NCBI GenBank assembly: GCA_963841135.1
Contig: CAWJBJ010000004.1
Span: 1,517,607-1,581,606 of the forward strand
DNA: 64,000 nt
Reading direction: 5' to 3'
Source: an uncultured Chloroflexia bacterium
GTDB lineage: Bacteria; Chloroflexota; Limnocylindria; Limnocylindrales; CSP1-4
Below the pieces are notes generated by a model. That model did no database searches. It saw only the letters and a program-made list of their open reading frames with translations, and was not told the DNA's origin. The translations under genes were made by a program, and so were the position numbers. This document shows positions 48,246-58,144 of this stretch, in pieces. The first letter of the stretch is position 1. Every line of letters starts with the position of its first letter.

Positions 48246-50063
48246 GTGAGCGCAAACATGGCCGTCACCGAACACGTCGCGCCGACCACTCGTGCTCTGC
48301 ACGTCCCACGACCGGGGCGCGGTGCTCGACGGTTCGTCATCGGCGCGCTGCTCGGTGTCGTGATCGTGCTCGCCGCGCTGATCGCCTTCCGCCAGTCCTA
48401 CGCCCAGCGCATCCTGCCGGGCATCCAGGTCGGCGATGTCGCGGTCGGCGGCCTGACGGCGGCGGAGGCCCGCAACGCACTGGTGGCCGCGCTCGGCCAC
48501 GTCGAGACCGGCGACGTCACCGTCCGGTCAGGCGTCGGGAACATGGTGGTCTCCTACTCGGACCTGGGGCGGACGGTCGACTACGACGCGATGGTCGCGC
48601 ACGCGGCGACGCTCGGGCGCGAGGGCACGCTCTTCGCAGAGACCGTGACGGGGCTCCGGCTGCTGGTGGAGCCGGTGTCGATGCCCGCGATCGTGACGTT
48701 CGACCGCGCGCGGCTCACCGATGCGCTGGCTGCCTACAGCGACCGGGTCGCGCTTCCGGCGCGGGACGCCGGCGTCGTGGCGGTGGGGACCGGCTATGCG
48801 ATCAACCGAGCCGTCAACGGCGTCCAGGTCGACACGGGCGGGCTCGCCGCCACGATCGAGGCCGCGCTGCTCGACCCCGCCACCCCGGCGTCGGTCACGG
48901 TTTCCGCGGCGTCGTCCTGGGTGGCCCCGGCGACGAGCGAGGCGGACGCCGAGCGGGCCCGTGGTGTGGCCGACCGGATCGCCTCCGACATCGTGCTGAG
49001 CAAGGGCTCGAAGAAGTGGAAGATCAAAGCCGCGACGATCCGGCCGTGGATCACGTTCTCGGGCGTCGGCGCCGGCTACGGACCGCGACTCGACCCGGCC
49101 TCCGTGCCGGCAGCGCTCAAGAAGGTCGCCAAGGACCTCAAGCGCAAGCCGACGGAGGCGCTCTACCTGAAGAGCCGGTCGGGACACATCATGGGTGTCA
49201 GCGCCTCGAAGCTCGGTCGGGCGGTGGACAAGGAGGCAACGGCGCAGGCGGTCGTGGCGGCCCTGGCCGCCCGTGGCGTGGGATCCGGCGGCGACACACC
49301 GGTCAAGGTCAAGACCATGGTCGTGGCACCGGAGCTCTCCACCGACGAGGCCAAGCGCAAGGCCCCGCTCATGGTCAAGCTCGGGACCTGGACGACCCGC
49401 TACGCGGTCAGCGCCCACAACGGGTTCGCGGCGAACATCACGGTCCCCGCCAGGCGCCTCGACGGCGTCGTCGTGAAGCCGGGCCAGGTGTTCGACTTCT
49501 GGAACGCGCTCGGCGAGGTGAGCTTCCGGACCGGATATCGCCTCGGCGGGGCGATCGTCGGCGGCCACTCGGTCGAGGGCAAGGCGCTCGCGGGCGGGAT
49601 CTGCGCGGCGTCGACGACGCTCTTCAACGCGGCTGCCCGGGGCGGGATGCAGATCGTGTCCCGCGCTCCGCACTGGTACTACATCACCCGCTATCCGCTC
49701 GGGCTCGACGCGACGGTCTCCGAGTCGCAGAACATGCGCTTCCGCAACGACACCAAGCACTCGATCCTGATCAAGACCCACGCCTCCCCCGGGATCGTCA
49801 CGTTCGAGATCTGGAGCGTGCCGAACGGCCGGGCCGTGTCGTGGAGCCGGCCGAACGTGAGTAACGTCGTGCGCGGCTTCGACACCGTGAAGAAGACTTC
49901 GTCCCTGCCCCACGGGCAGAGCAAGCGCATCGAGTGGCCGGTCGACGGCAAGGACGTCTCGATCACGCGGACCGTCCGCGACTCGAACGGCCGGCTCATC
50001 CACCGCGACGTGTTCGTCTCGCACTACCACCGCATGATCGGCGTCACGCTGGTCGGCAAGTAG
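48246..50063 (+). CDS. VanW-family protein with N-terminal membrane anchor
   Basis: 605 aa: TM (FVIGALLGVVIVLAALIAF), repeated middle domains, and a C-terminal VanW core (VVKPGQVFDFWNALGEVSFRTGYRLGGAIVGG...GGICAASTTLFNAAARGGMQIVSRAPHWYYITRYPLGLDATV...MRFRNDT). Confidence 0.85.
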   Translation: MSANMAVTEHVAPTTRALHVPRPGRGARRFVIGALLGVVIVLAALIAFRQSYAQRILPGIQVGDVAVGGLTAAEARNALVAALGHVETGDVTVRSGVGNMVVSYSDLGRTVDYDAMVAHAATLGREGTLFAETVTGLRLLVEPVSMPAIVTFDRARLTDALAAYSDRVALPARDAGVVAVGTGYAINRAVNGVQVDTGGLAATIEAALLDPATPASVTVSAASSWVAPATSEADAERARGVADRIASDIVLSKGSKKWKIKAATIRPWITFSGVGAGYGPRLDPASVPAALKKVAKDLKRKPTEALYLKSRSGHIMGVSASKLGRAVDKEATAQAVVAALAARGVGSGGDTPVKVKTMVVAPELSTDEAKRKAPLMVKLGTWTTRYAVSAHNGFAANITVPARRLDGVVVKPGQVFDFWNALGEVSFRTGYRLGGAIVGGHSVEGKALAGGICAASTTLFNAAARGGMQIVSRAPHWYYITRYPLGLDATVSESQNMRFRNDTKHSILIKTHASPGIVTFEIWSVPNGRAVSWSRPNVSNVVRGFDTVKKTSSLPHGQSKRIEWPVDGKDVSITRTVRDSNGRLIHRDVFVSHYHRMIGVTLVGK

Positions 50064-50122
50064 CCAAGGTCGCAGGGGCAGTTGCTGGCCCTTCGGAACC
50101 TTCGGTATCCTTGGACCTCGAC

Positions 50123-50161
50123 GGCGGAGTAGCTCGTGGTAGAGCAGGGGACTCATAAGCC
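50123..50161 (+). pseudogene. truncated tRNA(CAT) fragment: 5' half only, ending inside the anticodon loop
   Basis: ggcggagtagctcgtggtagagcaggggactcataagcc equals nt 1-40 of the tRNA at 54288-54362, apart from one missing a in the D-loop. Similarity stops abruptly after ...ataagcc. Confidence 0.8.
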
Positions 50162-50444
50162 TACTCATCTAACCGCTGTGCTTTCCCGAGTGGGACCCGA
50201 GCATGAATCGGGTGACTTATAGGCTCGATCGGCAGCGAGCCCAAGAGCACATAACTCCGATCGAGCGCATACCTGTTCACCTCTCCGATGGATCCGTCAG
50301 GCGCGACGTCGCTGGCACGGACTGAGAGGACCCGGGCACTGTCACCGACTGGAGCCGAGAAGTGGCGGGCGGTCGTATGACCTCGCGAGGCTTCGGCGTT
50401 ATGTCGACGCACGCGTTCCGTCGCGCGTCGCCGCCCAGGTCCGC

Positions 50445-50726
50445 ATGGAAGTCGTCGTTCGCGGCACGACGGTCACCATCGTGGAGTGCCGGCCGCCATG
50501 GCGAGCGGACCCTAGGCCCGAGTGGTCGCGTTTACCGATCGCCCAGCTCCGCTACGACCCGACCCGTATCACCTGGGCGCTCTACTGGCGCGACCGGAAC
50601 CCCCGCTGGCACCAGTACGATCGGACCGCCGCTGTGTCCGACGTCGACCAACTGCTTGCCGAGATCGACGCAGATCCGACGGCCATCTTCTGGGGTTGGC
50701 GGTCGACGAACGCCGTCGATGCCTAA
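50445..50726 (+). CDS. DUF3024-family protein
   Basis: 93 aa: VTIVECRPPWRADPRPEWSRLPIAQLRYDPTRITWALYWRDRNPRWHQYD...LLAEIDADPTAIFWG matches my memory of the DUF3024 pattern. Confidence 0.7.
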   Translation: MEVVVRGTTVTIVECRPPWRADPRPEWSRLPIAQLRYDPTRITWALYWRDRNPRWHQYDRTAAVSDVDQLLAEIDADPTAIFWGWRSTNAVDA

Positions 50727-52470
50727 CCCGCCTCCCACTCCTGAGGTCGTAGACCGCGACCTGACCGACGCGGCGGATGTCTGGCTGATGGCGGAGACTA
50801 GACCGATGCCGCAGCGCTCGACCGTGCCACCCACCACACTGGAGCGCGGCAGGAAGTCGTTCGACCAACAGGCATGGGCGGATGCCTGCGACCTGCTGTG
50901 GGCGGCAGATCGGGAGGCTCCTCTCGCTCCGGAGGACCTCGAGCGCCTCGCGATGGCCACGTACCTGGTGGGCAAGTACGCGGAGAGCATGGAACTCTCG
51001 CGCCGGTCGTACCGCGACGCGATTCGTGCGACGGACGTCGGACGGGCGGCGCGCAGCGCCTTCTGGGTGGCAGTCGAATACCTCGGGCGGGGTGAGATGG
51101 CGCCCGCGGCCGGCTGGCTCGCCAAGGCGGAACGCCTCGTTGGGGAGGGACGCGGCGAGCGGGTGGAGTCCGGGTATTTGTTGGTCGCCGCCGCGGTGCA
51201 GAGCCTCGCGACCGGCGACCCGGACGCTGCCTTGGGCTCGTACGAACGAGCCGCCGCGATCGGTAGCCGGTTCGCCGACCCGGACCTGATCGTCCTGGCG
51301 CGCGTCGGCGCGGGCGAGTCATTCCTCGCGCTGGGCAACGTCGACCGCGGCATTGCGTTGATGGACGAGGCTATGGCCGACGTGACCTCTGGCGAGGTGT
51401 CGCCCGTCATCGCGGGCATCACCTACTGCTCGGTCATCGCGGCCTGCCACGCGGTCTTCGACGTGCGTCGGGCGCAAGAGTGGACCTCGGCGCTCGATCG
51501 CTGGTGCCAAGCCCAGCCGCAGCTCGTGCACTTCCGCGGGCAATGCCTCCTGAACCGCGCCGAGCTGCGCCAGTTTCACGGCGCATGGGAGGACGCTGCC
51601 GCCGAGGCGCGGGAGGCAAGCGAGCGGCTCGCTCAGCCGGAGCCCGATCCGTCCCTCGGCGAGGCGATCTACCAGACGGCCGAGCTCCATCGCCTGCGCG
51701 GCGAGTTCGCCGAATCGGAGGCGGCGTACCGCCGCGCCAGCCGGCTCGGCCGTCGGCCCGAGCCGGGCATCGCGCTCCTCCGGCTGGCGCAGGGCCAGCA
51801 CGAGCTCGCCGCCGCCACCCTGGCACGCGCGACCGACGAGGCGACCGGCATCTTCGACCGTGCCCGCCTGCTGGGGCCGCTGGTGGAGGTCATGCTGGCC
51901 ACCGGGTCGACCTCCGCGGCCCGGCTGGCGTCCGACGAGATGGTGCAGATCGCCAGCGACGTTTCCGCACCGCTGCTTGCCGCGATGGCGCAACGCGCGC
52001 ACGGGGCGGTCCTGCTGGCCGAGGGCGATCCGCGTGCCGCCCTGACCGCATTGCGCTCGTCATGGGCCGAGTGGCAAGCGCTCGATGCGCCATACGAGGC
52101 AGCACGGACGCGCGTCCTGGTGGCAATCGCCTGCCGGGCCCTCCAGGACGCCGATGCCGCTGCGCTAGAGCTCGACGCTGCAACCAACACCTTCCGGGAG
52201 CTCGGCGCGCGCCCCGACCTGGCACGGGCCGAGGCACTTCTCGATGAACCTGCAGCGGAGCGCGTCGGTGGCCTCACCGCCCGCGAGGCCGAGGTCCTGC
52301 GGCTCGTTGCCGCCGGCAAGACGAATCGCGCCATCGCCGAGGAGCTCGTGATCAGCGACCGGACCGTCGGTCGCCACCTGAGCAACATCTTCGACAAGCT
52401 CGGCGTGTCGTCCCGCGCAGGGGCCACGGCCTGGGCCTACCAGCAGGGCGTGGTCACGCCACCTGCGTAG
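50719..52470 (+). CDS. LuxR-family transcriptional regulator with a long helical-repeat (TPR-like) sensor region
   Basis: Internal ATG of ORF 50362-52470, overlapping the DUF3024 stop by 8 nt. C-terminal HTH: LTAREAEVLRLVAAGKTNRAIAEELVISDRTVGRHLSNIFDKLGVSSR. No P-loop seen. Confidence 0.85.
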   Translation: MPNPPPTPEVVDRDLTDAADVWLMAETRPMPQRSTVPPTTLERGRKSFDQQAWADACDLLWAADREAPLAPEDLERLAMATYLVGKYAESMELSRRSYRDAIRATDVGRAARSAFWVAVEYLGRGEMAPAAGWLAKAERLVGEGRGERVESGYLLVAAAVQSLATGDPDAALGSYERAAAIGSRFADPDLIVLARVGAGESFLALGNVDRGIALMDEAMADVTSGEVSPVIAGITYCSVIAACHAVFDVRRAQEWTSALDRWCQAQPQLVHFRGQCLLNRAELRQFHGAWEDAAAEAREASERLAQPEPDPSLGEAIYQTAELHRLRGEFAESEAAYRRASRLGRRPEPGIALLRLAQGQHELAAATLARATDEATGIFDRARLLGPLVEVMLATGSTSAARLASDEMVQIASDVSAPLLAAMAQRAHGAVLLAEGDPRAALTALRSSWAEWQALDAPYEAARTRVLVAIACRALQDADAAALELDAATNTFRELGARPDLARAEALLDEPAAERVGGLTAREAEVLRLVAAGKTNRAIAEELVISDRTVGRHLSNIFDKLGVSSRAGATAWAYQQGVVTPPA

Positions 52471-52579
52471 AACGACCCATGCCCCGCGGCGGCCGAAATG
52501 GATCATTCGGCCGATGCGGAGACGGCCTCCGCCGCGCCATCGTCATCTCGACAACAGAGCGCAGCGGAGGGAAGCACAC

Positions 52580-53707
52580 GTGGGCCGCGATCAGACGTCA
52601 GACGTGGTGATCATCGGCGCTGGACAGGCGGGCCTCGCGGTGGGGTACCACCTGGCCAGGCAGCATCGCCGCTTCGTCATCCTGGATGCCGGCGCACGCG
52701 TGGGAGATGCCTGGCGGACCCGATGGGACGGGCTGCGCCTCTTCACGCCGGGGCGCTTCAACAGCTTGCCGGGCATGCAATTCCCCGGCGATCCGCACAG
52801 CTTCCCGACGAAGGACGACGTCGCCGACTACCTCGAGGCGTACGCGACGAGGTTCGAACTGCCCATCCGGACCGGCGTGCGAGTCACCGACGTCTGGCCG
52901 GCCGATGCCGGCCGAGGCTTTCGGATCGTCACCGACGACGGGGACCACGCCGCCGCCCAGGTGGTGGTCGCAACGGGTGCCTACGATCGACCCCGCATTC
53001 CGGACTTCGCCACCGACTTGGACCCGCGCATCTCTCAGCTGCACTCGAGCCAGTTCCGGAGCACCTCGCAGCTCCGTGATGGCGCGGTCCTGGTGGTGGG
53101 AGCCAGCAATTCCGGTGCGGAGATCGCCCTGATGGCGGCACCCGAGCATCCGACCGTGCTGTCCGGCCGCGACGTCGGCAAGATGCCGTTCCGGCCGGAG
53201 GATCGGCTGGCGCGGACGTTCGACACCTTCTTCTGGTTCTTCGTCAACCACATCGCGACCACGGACAACCCGATCGGTCGCAAGGCGCAGCCGGACATCC
53301 GGGATCACGGGCTGCCGCTCGACCGCGTGCGTCCATCGGACCTCGTTGCCGCCGGCGTCGAACGCGTCCAGGCCCGAACCGTGGGCGCAAGAGGCGGCAT
53401 GCCGCTGCTCGACGATGGCCGTGTCATCGAGGCCGCGAACGTCGTGTGGGCTACCGGATTCCGGCACGATCACGGCTGGATCCATGTCGCGCTCACCGGC
53501 CCCGATGGCTGGCCGCGCCAGACCCGTGGCGTCGTGACCGATGTGCCCGGCCTGTTCTTCATCGGCCTGCCATTCATGTACGCCGGCGCGTCCGCCCTGC
53601 TGGGCGGCGTGGGCCGGGATGCCGCCTATCTCGCGGACCGCATGGAACGCCAGGCCGCCACCGCCGCGCGATCGTCGAGTGGCCACGAGACCGCCATCGT
53701 CTCTTGA
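52580..53707 (+). CDS. FAD/NAD(P)-binding flavin-containing monooxygenase-like oxidoreductase
   Basis: GTG 52580 lies 6 nt after GGAGGGA. DVVIIGAGQAGLAVGYHL (first Rossmann), VLVVGASNSGAEIAL (second Rossmann), ANVVWATGF. Confidence 0.8.
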   Translation: MGRDQTSDVVIIGAGQAGLAVGYHLARQHRRFVILDAGARVGDAWRTRWDGLRLFTPGRFNSLPGMQFPGDPHSFPTKDDVADYLEAYATRFELPIRTGVRVTDVWPADAGRGFRIVTDDGDHAAAQVVVATGAYDRPRIPDFATDLDPRISQLHSSQFRSTSQLRDGAVLVVGASNSGAEIALMAAPEHPTVLSGRDVGKMPFRPEDRLARTFDTFFWFFVNHIATTDNPIGRKAQPDIRDHGLPLDRVRPSDLVAAGVERVQARTVGARGGMPLLDDGRVIEAANVVWATGFRHDHGWIHVALTGPDGWPRQTRGVVTDVPGLFFIGLPFMYAGASALLGGVGRDAAYLADRMERQAATAARSSSGHETAIVS

Positions 53708-53737
53708 GCCCGGACGCGACGTGGGAACGACGCCAGT

Positions 53738-54031
53738 GTGCGGCTCAGCCTGACCATGATCTCCGCCTCGATCCACCTCGAGCCGTCGGCCCGAGGGGCC
53801 TCCGGCTGGTCTGCGGTCGGCTACTTCACGCACGGCGACCAGACCATTGCCATGGACTGGGGGGGCCGTCCCGGACCGAGCGACCTGGATCAGACGGCCG
53901 GCATCTACGCCGGGACCGGCGACCCGGCGGGTGCGTGGACGCTCGTCATCACCGAGCTCGTGGGTGAGCGACCCGACGGCACGCAGGTTCGGCTCGAGGG
54001 TCCTTGGGAGTCTACCTTCAGCGCCCCGTAA
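53738..54031 (+). CDS. hypothetical protein
   Basis: 97-aa ORF with reasonable composition (SAVGYFTHGDQTIAMDWGG...AWTLVITELVGERPDGTQVRLEGPWE). No recognisable motif. Confidence 0.4.
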   Translation: MRLSLTMISASIHLEPSARGASGWSAVGYFTHGDQTIAMDWGGRPGPSDLDQTAGIYAGTGDPAGAWTLVITELVGERPDGTQVRLEGPWESTFSAP

Positions 54032-54287
54032 CACGGTCCGCCAGTAAGACGGTACCGCCACGCGCGAGCGAAGCCGGCGGTAGCGAAGCCCAGGCCATGG
54101 CCCAATTGGCCGGAACCCTCGCGTACCTGCGGGCGAGGGCGACTGCGCCGCGGAGGTCCCTTCACACGTGAGGGTGTCTGGAATCTCGGCGGCGACGGGT
54201 TAGGACGGGTATGTGCTGTTCGATAGTTATGTGCTCTAAGAGCCGGAGTTGCCCGTCCAGATCATGCTCGATAAGCTTGAAGACGGC

Positions 54288-54362
54288 GGCGGAGTAGCTC
54301 AGTGGTAGAGCAGGGGACTCATAAGCCCTTGGTCGGTGGTTCAAATCCGCCCTCCGCTACCA
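54288..54362 (+). tRNA. tRNA with CAT anticodon (elongator Met, or Ile2 if lysidine-modified), CCA encoded
   Basis: Folds by hand into a cloverleaf: acceptor GGCGGAG/CTCCGCT, D arm GCTC-AGTGGTA-GAGC, anticodon loop CTCATAA, T arm GGTGG-TTCAAAT-CCGCC, discriminator A, CCA. It is not initiator-like (position 1-72 is paired). Confidence 0.93.
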
Positions 54363-54380
54363 ACCTCGATCCCTGACTGA

Positions 54381-54402
54381 CGGCCCTCCGACGGGAGGGT
54401 CG
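54381..54402 (+). terminator. hairpin after the tRNA (stem cggccctcc / ggagggtcg, loop gacg) followed by ttctgatt
   Basis: 9-bp stem including one G-U pair, with a T-containing tail. Read directly. Confidence 0.45.
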
Positions 54403-54582
54403 TTCTGATTCGCCCGACGGTTGAGAATCCTTCAACCGGCGGCACGCCACCATCCACGGCCGCCGGGCGTCCGTATCCCAGTCAGGCCCAGGACATCCGT
54501 CATGGGGTCGTCATGACCACCGGCGGTATACTCGCCACGCTGGCGGCGCACCGGCGTCGTCGCATACCCGGAGGCTCCCTCG

Positions 54583-56487
54583 TTGAACCCCAAGTTCTTC
54601 CGCAACGGCATCGTGATGGTCGTGCTCGTGCTCGGCACGGCCGCACTGCTGTTCACCTGGATCAATGCCAGCACGCCGGCGCCGCCCGTCGGCTATTCAG
54701 CCTTCCTTGACAACGTCAAGGCCGGGACGGTCAAGAAGGTCGTCCAGGAAGGCGAGATCCTGACCGTCACGCCGAGCAGCGGGACGCCGTACACCGTCGT
54801 CGTCCCCAACATCCTGCAGAAGGTCTACCCCGACGACATGCAGGCTGCGGCATCCGAAGGGGGCGTCACGCTCCCGGCCGATGTCTTCACCGCGAACAAG
54901 ACCCCGGACACGTCGTGGCTCGGCTTGCTCCTGACGGGGCTCCTGCCACTGCTGGTCATCGGCGGGTTCATCTTCTTCATGATGCGCCAGGCCCAGGGGA
55001 CCAATAACCAGGCCCTCTCGTTCGGCAAGAGCCGTGCGCGGATGTTCCTCGGCAGCAAGACCGTGGTGACGTTCGCGGACGTGGCCGGCGTCGACGAGGC
55101 CAAGACCGAGCTCCAGGAAGTCGTCGAGTTCCTGAAGTACCCGGAGAAGTTCAACTCCCTCGGGGCGCGCATCCCGCGCGGCGTCCTGCTCGTCGGCCCT
55201 CCCGGCACCGGCAAGACGCTCATGGCGCGCGCCGTCGCGGGCGAAGCCGGGGTGCCGTTCTTCAGCATCTCCGGCTCCGAGTTCGTCGAGATGTTCGTCG
55301 GCGTCGGCGCCAGCCGCGTCCGCGACCTGTTCGACCAGGCCAAGCGCAACTCGCCGTGCATCGTCTTCGTGGACGAGATCGACGCCGTCGGCCGCCAGCG
55401 CGGCGCCGGCCTCGGTGGCAGCCACGACGAGCGCGAGCAGACGCTCAACCAGATCCTCGTCGAGATGGACGGCTTCGACACGAACACCAACGTGATCGTC
55501 GTCGCGGCCACCAACCGGCCGGACGTGCTGGACCCGGCGCTCCTGCGCCCGGGCCGCTTCGACCGCCAGGTCATCCTCGACCGCCCGGACATGCGCGGCC
55601 GGACCGAGATCCTGCGCGTCCACACCAAGGGCAAGCCGCTCGACAAGGGCGTCGATGTCGAAGGCGTGGCGCGACAGTCGCCGGGCTTCTCCGGCGCCGA
55701 CCTCGCCAACCTCGTCAACGAGGCCGCCATCCTGTCGGCCCGACGCAACAAGAAGGTCATCGGCATGTCCGAGTTCCAGGAGGCCCTGGAGCGGATCGTG
55801 GCCGGACCCGAGCGCAAGTCGCGGATCATCTCGGACGCCGAGAAGGCGATCATCGCCTACCACGAAGGTGGCCACGCGGTCGTCCAGCGGATCCTGCCGA
55901 AGTGCGACCCGGTCGCCAAGGTCACGATCATCAGCCGCGGCATGGCCCTCGGCTACACGATGGCTCTCCCACAGGAGGACCGCTACCTGCAGTCCAAGAC
56001 CGAGTTCGAGGACAAGATCGCAGGCCTGCTCGGCGGGACTGTCGCGGAGCGGCTGATCTTCGGCGACACGACGACCGGCGCCAGCAACGACATCGAGAAG
56101 GCGACCGACCTGGCTCGCCGGATGGTCACCGAGTTCGGGATGAGCGACAAGCTCGGACCGCTCTCGTTCGGGAAGCGCGACGAGCTCGTGTTCCTCGGCC
56201 GGGAGATCGGCGAGCAGCGCAACTACAGCGACGAGGTCGCCAAGACCATCGACGAAGAGGTCCGGGCGATCATCGACAAGGCCTACGAGCGTGCCCAGGA
56301 GGTCCTCACGACCCACAAGGACAAGCTGGTCGCCCTGGCCGAGAAGCTCGTCGCCGAGGAGACCGTGGACTCGGAGGGCTTCGAGGCCCTCTTCAGCGAC
56401 CTGCCGCCGAAGCTGAACCAGCATGGCGTCCCGACCATCATCGGGCCAGGCCAGCCGGTCGCCGAGCCGAACCCGCAGCCGGCCTGA
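54583..56487 (+). CDS. ftsH: ATP-dependent zinc metalloprotease FtsH
   Basis: 634 aa from a TTG start after GGAGG. Two TM segments. [55 protein letters not shown], zinc site HEGGHAV. Confidence 0.95.
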   Translation: MNPKFFRNGIVMVVLVLGTAALLFTWINASTPAPPVGYSAFLDNVKAGTVKKVVQEGEILTVTPSSGTPYTVVVPNILQKVYPDDMQAAASEGGVTLPADVFTANKTPDTSWLGLLLTGLLPLLVIGGFIFFMMRQAQGTNNQALSFGKSRARMFLGSKTVVTFADVAGVDEAKTELQEVVEFLKYPEKFNSLGARIPRGVLLVGPPGTGKTLMARAVAGEAGVPFFSISGSEFVEMFVGVGASRVRDLFDQAKRNSPCIVFVDEIDAVGRQRGAGLGGSHDEREQTLNQILVEMDGFDTNTNVIVVAATNRPDVLDPALLRPGRFDRQVILDRPDMRGRTEILRVHTKGKPLDKGVDVEGVARQSPGFSGADLANLVNEAAILSARRNKKVIGMSEFQEALERIVAGPERKSRIISDAEKAIIAYHEGGHAVVQRILPKCDPVAKVTIISRGMALGYTMALPQEDRYLQSKTEFEDKIAGLLGGTVAERLIFGDTTTGASNDIEKATDLARRMVTEFGMSDKLGPLSFGKRDELVFLGREIGEQRNYSDEVAKTIDEEVRAIIDKAYERAQEVLTTHKDKLVALAEKLVAEETVDSEGFEALFSDLPPKLNQHGVPTIIGPGQPVAEPNPQPA

Positions 56488-56513
56488 TCCGGCTCCATCC
56501 AGACCTGAACGCG

Positions 56514-56539
56514 CGAGCGGGCCGGCGACGGCCCGCTCG
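56514..56539 (+). terminator. perfect 10-bp GC hairpin (cgagcgggcc-ggcgac-ggcccgctcg) after ftsH
   Basis: Read directly. The tail ttcgaattcc is only weakly T-rich. Confidence 0.45.
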
Positions 56540-56589
56540 TTCGAATTCCGTGTCCAGCGACGGCGCCCGGCCGCCGCTAGACTCGCCCG

Positions 56590-57984
56590 ATGCCTGACAC
56601 CACCACCCAAGCCGACGCGCTCGAAGCGCACCTCGATGCGACCCACGAGGCGCGGATCGCCTCGTACAAGGAGTTCCTCCGGATCCCGAGCATCTCCGGC
56701 ATCCCGGCGCATGCCGTCGACTGCCGACGTGCCGCCGAGTGGCTGGCGGATGCGATGCAAGGGATCGGCATCGAGCACGTCGAGGTCGCCGAGACGACCG
56801 GCCATCCCGTCGTCTATGGCGATTGGCTGCATGCTGAGGGAGCTCCGACCGTCCTGGTCTACGGCCACTACGACGTGCAGCCGGTCGACCCCCTGGACCT
56901 CTGGACGTCGCCACCGTTCGAACCGGTCGTGGACGGCACGCGGATGCTCGGCCGCGGCGCCTCCGACGACAAGGGCCAGATCCACCTCCACCTGATGGCG
57001 GCCGCGGCCATCCTCGCCACGCGCGGTGGCTTCCCGATCAACGTCCGCTACATCTTCGAGGGCGAGGAGGAGTCGAGCTCGCTCCACCTCGACGCGTGGC
57101 TCGAGGCCAACCGGGAGCGCCTCGGGGCGGACGTCGCGATCATCAGCGACAGCGGCTTCTTCGAGGGCAACCTTCCGGCGATCACGGTCGGCCTGCGCGG
57201 GATCTCGTACGCGCAGATCGACGTCGTCGGGAGCCCCGTCGACCTCCACTCGGGCAACTACGGCGGGGTGGTCGAGAACCCGGCCAACGCGCTGGCGAGG
57301 ATGATCGCCGCGCTGAAGGGTCCCGACGGCCGGATCCTGGTCCCGGGCTTCTACGACGACGTCGTGGCGCTGACCGAGGCGGACCGCGCCGCCTTCGCGG
57401 CGCTGCCCTATGACGAGGAGACCCATCGGGCGCAGATCGGCGTGCCGGCGCTGGTCGGCGAGGTCGGCTACTCGGTCCTGGAGCGGCGTGGCGGGCGCCC
57501 GACGCTGGACGTCAACGGGATCTGGGGCGGCTTCCAGGGCGACGGAAGCAAGACGATCATCCCCGCACACGCCCACGCCAAGGTGAGCTGCCGCCTCGTC
57601 GCGGCGCAGGATCCGGTGCGGATCTTCGAGCAAGTCGAGGCGTTCATCCTCGCGATCGCGCCGCCTGGCGTGACGACCACGGTCACGTACCTGGGCGGCG
57701 GCCGTCCCAGCCTGACGCCGATCGATCATCCCGCCACGCAGGCCGCGGCGCGGGCGATCGAGGCGACATTCGGTCGTGCACCCGTCTACATCCGCGAAGG
57801 CGGCAGCATCCCGGTGTGCGCGAGCTTCGAATCGATCCTGGGTCTGCCCGTCGTGCTCCTCGGCTTCACGCCGCCGAACGACAACGCCCATGCGCCCGAC
57901 GAGTGGATGGACCTGGACACCTACGAGATCGCGATCCGGACCGTGGTGCGCACCTTCGACGAGCTCGTCGGCCTGCCCCGCTGA
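56590..57984 (+). CDS. M20-family dipeptidase / ArgE-DapE-CPG2-type metallopeptidase
   Basis: 464 aa: VLVYGHYDVQP, LGRGASDDKGQ, IFEGEEESSS, and C-terminal PPNDNAHAPDEW. TAGACT ends 6 nt before the ATG with no SD (leaderless candidate). Confidence 0.9.
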   Translation: MPDTTTQADALEAHLDATHEARIASYKEFLRIPSISGIPAHAVDCRRAAEWLADAMQGIGIEHVEVAETTGHPVVYGDWLHAEGAPTVLVYGHYDVQPVDPLDLWTSPPFEPVVDGTRMLGRGASDDKGQIHLHLMAAAAILATRGGFPINVRYIFEGEEESSSLHLDAWLEANRERLGADVAIISDSGFFEGNLPAITVGLRGISYAQIDVVGSPVDLHSGNYGGVVENPANALARMIAALKGPDGRILVPGFYDDVVALTEADRAAFAALPYDEETHRAQIGVPALVGEVGYSVLERRGGRPTLDVNGIWGGFQGDGSKTIIPAHAHAKVSCRLVAAQDPVRIFEQVEAFILAIAPPGVTTTVTYLGGGRPSLTPIDHPATQAAARAIEATFGRAPVYIREGGSIPVCASFESILGLPVVLLGFTPPNDNAHAPDEWMDLDTYEIAIRTVVRTFDELVGLPR

Positions 57985-58097
57985 CCCCTTCGAGGCGTTG
58001 ACCCGGGGCCCCGGGCCGACCACCGCGAAAACCGGGCGATTCGCTGCTGCGTGTGCGGACCTGACCAGTCCGGGTGGGTGATTCGGGCATACCCGGG

Positions 58098-58106
58098 TGC
58101 TACCCT
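58098..58106 (+). promoter_or_regulatory. candidate extended -10 element TGcTACCCT
   Basis: Same TG-n-TACCnT word as at 60577-60585. It overlaps the ORF-track start (58097), which argues for the downstream GTG 58145 (preceded by GGGGAGG) as the real start. Confidence 0.3.
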
Positions 58107-58144
58107 TTGCATCACTGCACCACATTCGGGGAGGTCTGCACCAC

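Larger units (their letters stand above)
50162..54287. mobile_element. putative integrase-less genomic islet bounded by the tRNA 5'-half direct repeat
   Basis: Bounded by the 39/40-nt repeat. Both borders (about 50161-50420 and 54040-54287) are visibly AT-richer than the surroundings. Cargo is DUF3024 - LuxR - flavin monooxygenase - small ORF. No recombinase was recognised. Confidence 0.3.

Noticed and set aside
50161-50412. 83-aa reverse ORF at the left border of the islet, considered as an integrase or recombinase remnant
   Set aside because: No tyrosine- or serine-recombinase motif (no R..HxxR..Y pattern) in any frame. The region is AT-richer with several stops. I could not support it as a gene or as a recombinase fragment.
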